A DNA stretch of 64,000 nt from Lingula anatina. Taxonomy: Eukaryota > Animalia > Brachiopoda. The stretch's first letter is position 1; the number at the start of each line of letters is the position of its first letter. Location of the stretch: contig JBPQGU010000016.1 in assembly GCA_051362555.1 (NCBI GenBank), positions 3,782,001 to 3,846,000 of the forward strand, in the 5' to 3' direction. Shown piece by piece: positions 61,677 to 64,000 of the stretch. The translations under genes were made by a program, and so were the position numbers. Below the pieces are notes generated by a model. It did no database searches and was not told the origin of the DNA. It saw only the letters and a list, made by a program, of their open reading frames with translations.

Positions 61677-64000
61677 TTGGCCAGGTAGGGATGAAAATTT
61701 TTTTTCTTCATTATAGTGTCAGGTAGGTGTGTTCGGTCATTTGTAGTAAGAATAAAGTGCTGGAAGAGTGGTGGTGTCAACATTAAGGAAGAAATAGAGC
61801 AAAAACTCTCTCTCCCCCCCCCCCTCTCAGATTCTGTTCTCAGAGCTTATTTTTGGATCATCTTTAAAGCTAGAATTGGGGGCCTTGATGAAGTGACCCG
61901 GGCGCGTTTCCACATTTTTTATGAATGACAGGTGTGGTAGATTGATTTTCCTCACTTTTTGGAAAAATCGGAGACGGGTCGATTTTTGGTGATTTTGAGT
62001 GATTTTGAACAGTGCCGGCACTGTGAGATTTCTTCAATTTTGGCCAGGTAGGGATGAAAATTTTTTTTCTTCATTATAGTGTCAGGTAGGTGTGTTCGGT
62101 CATTTGTAGTAAGAATAAAGTGCTGGAAGAGTGGTGGTGTCAACATTAAGGAAGAAATAGAGCAAAAACTCTCTCTCCCCCCCCCCCTCTCAGATTCTGT
62201 TCTCAGAGCTTATTTTTGGATCATCTTTAAAGCTAGAATTGGGGGCCTTGATGAAGTGACCCGGGCGCGTCCCGGGCGCGTTTCCACATTTTTTATGAAT
62301 GACAGGTGTGGTAGATTGATTTTCCTCACTTTTTGGAAAAATCGGAGACGGGTCGATTTTTGGTGATTTTGAGTGATTTTGAACAGTGCCGGCACTGTGA
62401 GATTTCTTCAATTTTGGCCAGGTAGGGATGAAAATTTTTTTTCTTCATTATAGTGTCAGGTAGGTGTGTTCGGTCATTTGTAGTAAGAATAAAGTGCTGG
62501 AAGAGTGGTGGTGTCAACATTAAGGAAGAAATAGAGCAAAAACTCTCTCTCCCCCCCCCCCTCTCAGATTCTGTTCTCAGAGCTTATTTTTGGATCATCT
62601 TTAAAGCTAGAATTGGGGGCCTTGATGAAGTGACCCGGGCGCGTTTCCACATTTTTTATGAATGACAGGTGTGGTAGATTGATTTTCCTCACTTTTTGGA
62701 AAAATCGGAGACGGGTCGATTTTTGGTGATTTTGAGTGATTTTGAACAGTGCCGGCACTGTGAGATTTCTTCAATTTTGGCCAGGTAGGGATGAAAATTT
62801 TTTTTCTTCATTATAGTGTCAGGTAGGTGTGTTCGGTCATTTGTAGTAAGAATAAAGTGCTGGAAGAGTGGTGGTGTCAACATTAAGGAAGAAATAGAGC
62901 AAAAACTCTCTCTCCCCCCCCCCCTCTCAGATTCTGTTCTCAGAGCTTATTTTTGGATCATCTTTAAAGCTAGAATTGGGGGCCTTGATGAAGTGACCCG
63001 GGCGCGTTTCCACATTTTTTATGAATGACAGGTGTGGTAGATTGATTTTCCTCACTTTTTGGAAAAATCGGAGACGGGTCGATTTTTGGTGATTTTGAGT
63101 GATTTTGAACAGTGCCGGCACTGTGAGATTTCTTCAATTTTGGCCAGGTAGGGATGAAAATTTTTTTTCTTCATTATAGTGTCAGGTAGGTGTGTTCGGT
63201 CATTTGTAGTAAGAATAAAGTGCTGGAAGAGTGGTGGTGTCAACATTAAGGAAGAAATAGAGCAAAAACTCTCTCTCCCCCCCCCCCTCTCAGATTCTGT
63301 TCTCAGAGCTTATTTTTGGATCATCTTTAAAGCTAGAATTGGGGGCCTTGATGAAGTGACCCGGGCGCGTTTCCACATTTTTTATGAATGACAGGTGTGG
63401 TAGATTGATTTTCCTCACTTTTTGGAAAAATCGGAGACGGGTCGATTTTTGGTGATTTTGAGTGATTTTGAACAGTGCCGGCACTGTGAGATTTCTTCAA
63501 TTTTGGCCAGGTAGGGATGAAAATTTTTTTTCTTCATTATAGTGTCAGGTAGGTGTGTTCGGTCATTTGTAGTAAGAATAAAGTGCTGGAAGAGTGGTGG
63601 TGTCAACATTAAGGAAGAAATAGAGCAAAAACTCTCTCTCCCCCCCCCCCTCTCAGATTCTGTTCTCAGAGCTTATTTTTGGATCATCTTTAAAGCTAGA
63701 ATTGGGGGCCTTGATGAAGTGACCCGGGCGCGTTTCCACATTTTTTATGAATGACAGGTGTGGTAGATTGATTTTCCTCACTTTTTGGAAAAATCGGAGA
63801 CGGGTCGATTTTTGGTGATTTTGAGTGATTTTGAACAGTGCCGGCACTGTGAGATTTCTTCAATTTTGGCCAGGTAGGGATGAAAATTTTTTTTCTTCAT
63901 TATAGTGTCAGGTAGGTGTGTTCGGTCATTTGTAGTAAGAATAAAGTGCTGGAAGAGTGGTGGTGTCAACATTAAGGAAGAAATAGAGCAAAAACTCTCT
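61677..64000 (+). repeat. Second ~363-bp satellite array (~6.4 monomers visible; continues beyond the window)
   Basis: Same monomer, starting in the same register as at 20387; 11-bp CCCGGGCGCGT duplication at ~62260-62281. Confidence 0.99.

Larger units (their letters stand above)
45003..64000 (+). repeat. Copy 2 of the ~41-kb unit (runs off the window end)
   Basis: Collinear with 4011 onward, differing by scattered SNPs and the listed indels. Confidence 0.9.

Overview
AT-rich animal genomic DNA (probably a marine invertebrate; inferred from the repeat content only) with no recognisable host gene. Bases 1-4010 are the 3' part of an apparently intact env-bearing Ty3/Gypsy LTR retroelement. 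It shows an integrase C-terminus with a chromodomain-like module, a splice acceptor, an uninterrupted ~780-aa baculovirus-F/errantivirus-type envelope ORF, a long 3' UTR, a PPT and a ~370-bp 3' LTR. The envelope ORF carries an unusual C-terminal extension: a probable internal signal, a second TM helix and a ~115-aa beta-rich domain. The rest of the window is two near-identical copies, ~41 kb apart, of a compound unit (4011-45002 and 45003->64000). The unit contains decayed DIRS-type retroelements, a Kolobok-like transposase relic, MITEs, a 34-bp minisatellite and a ~363-bp satellite array (~62 monomers, 20387-42773; restarting at 61677). The copies differ by several transposon events readable as filled versus empty sites: the Gypsy element, an ISL2EU element with an AT TSD, a MITE with a 6-bp TSD, a 2.9-kb TIR element with a 9-bp TSD, and two deletions that look excision-linked. 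The most promising candidate for new biology is the Env polyprotein architecture combined with a chromodomain-like integrase. All family calls are from motifs read by eye; no searches were run.
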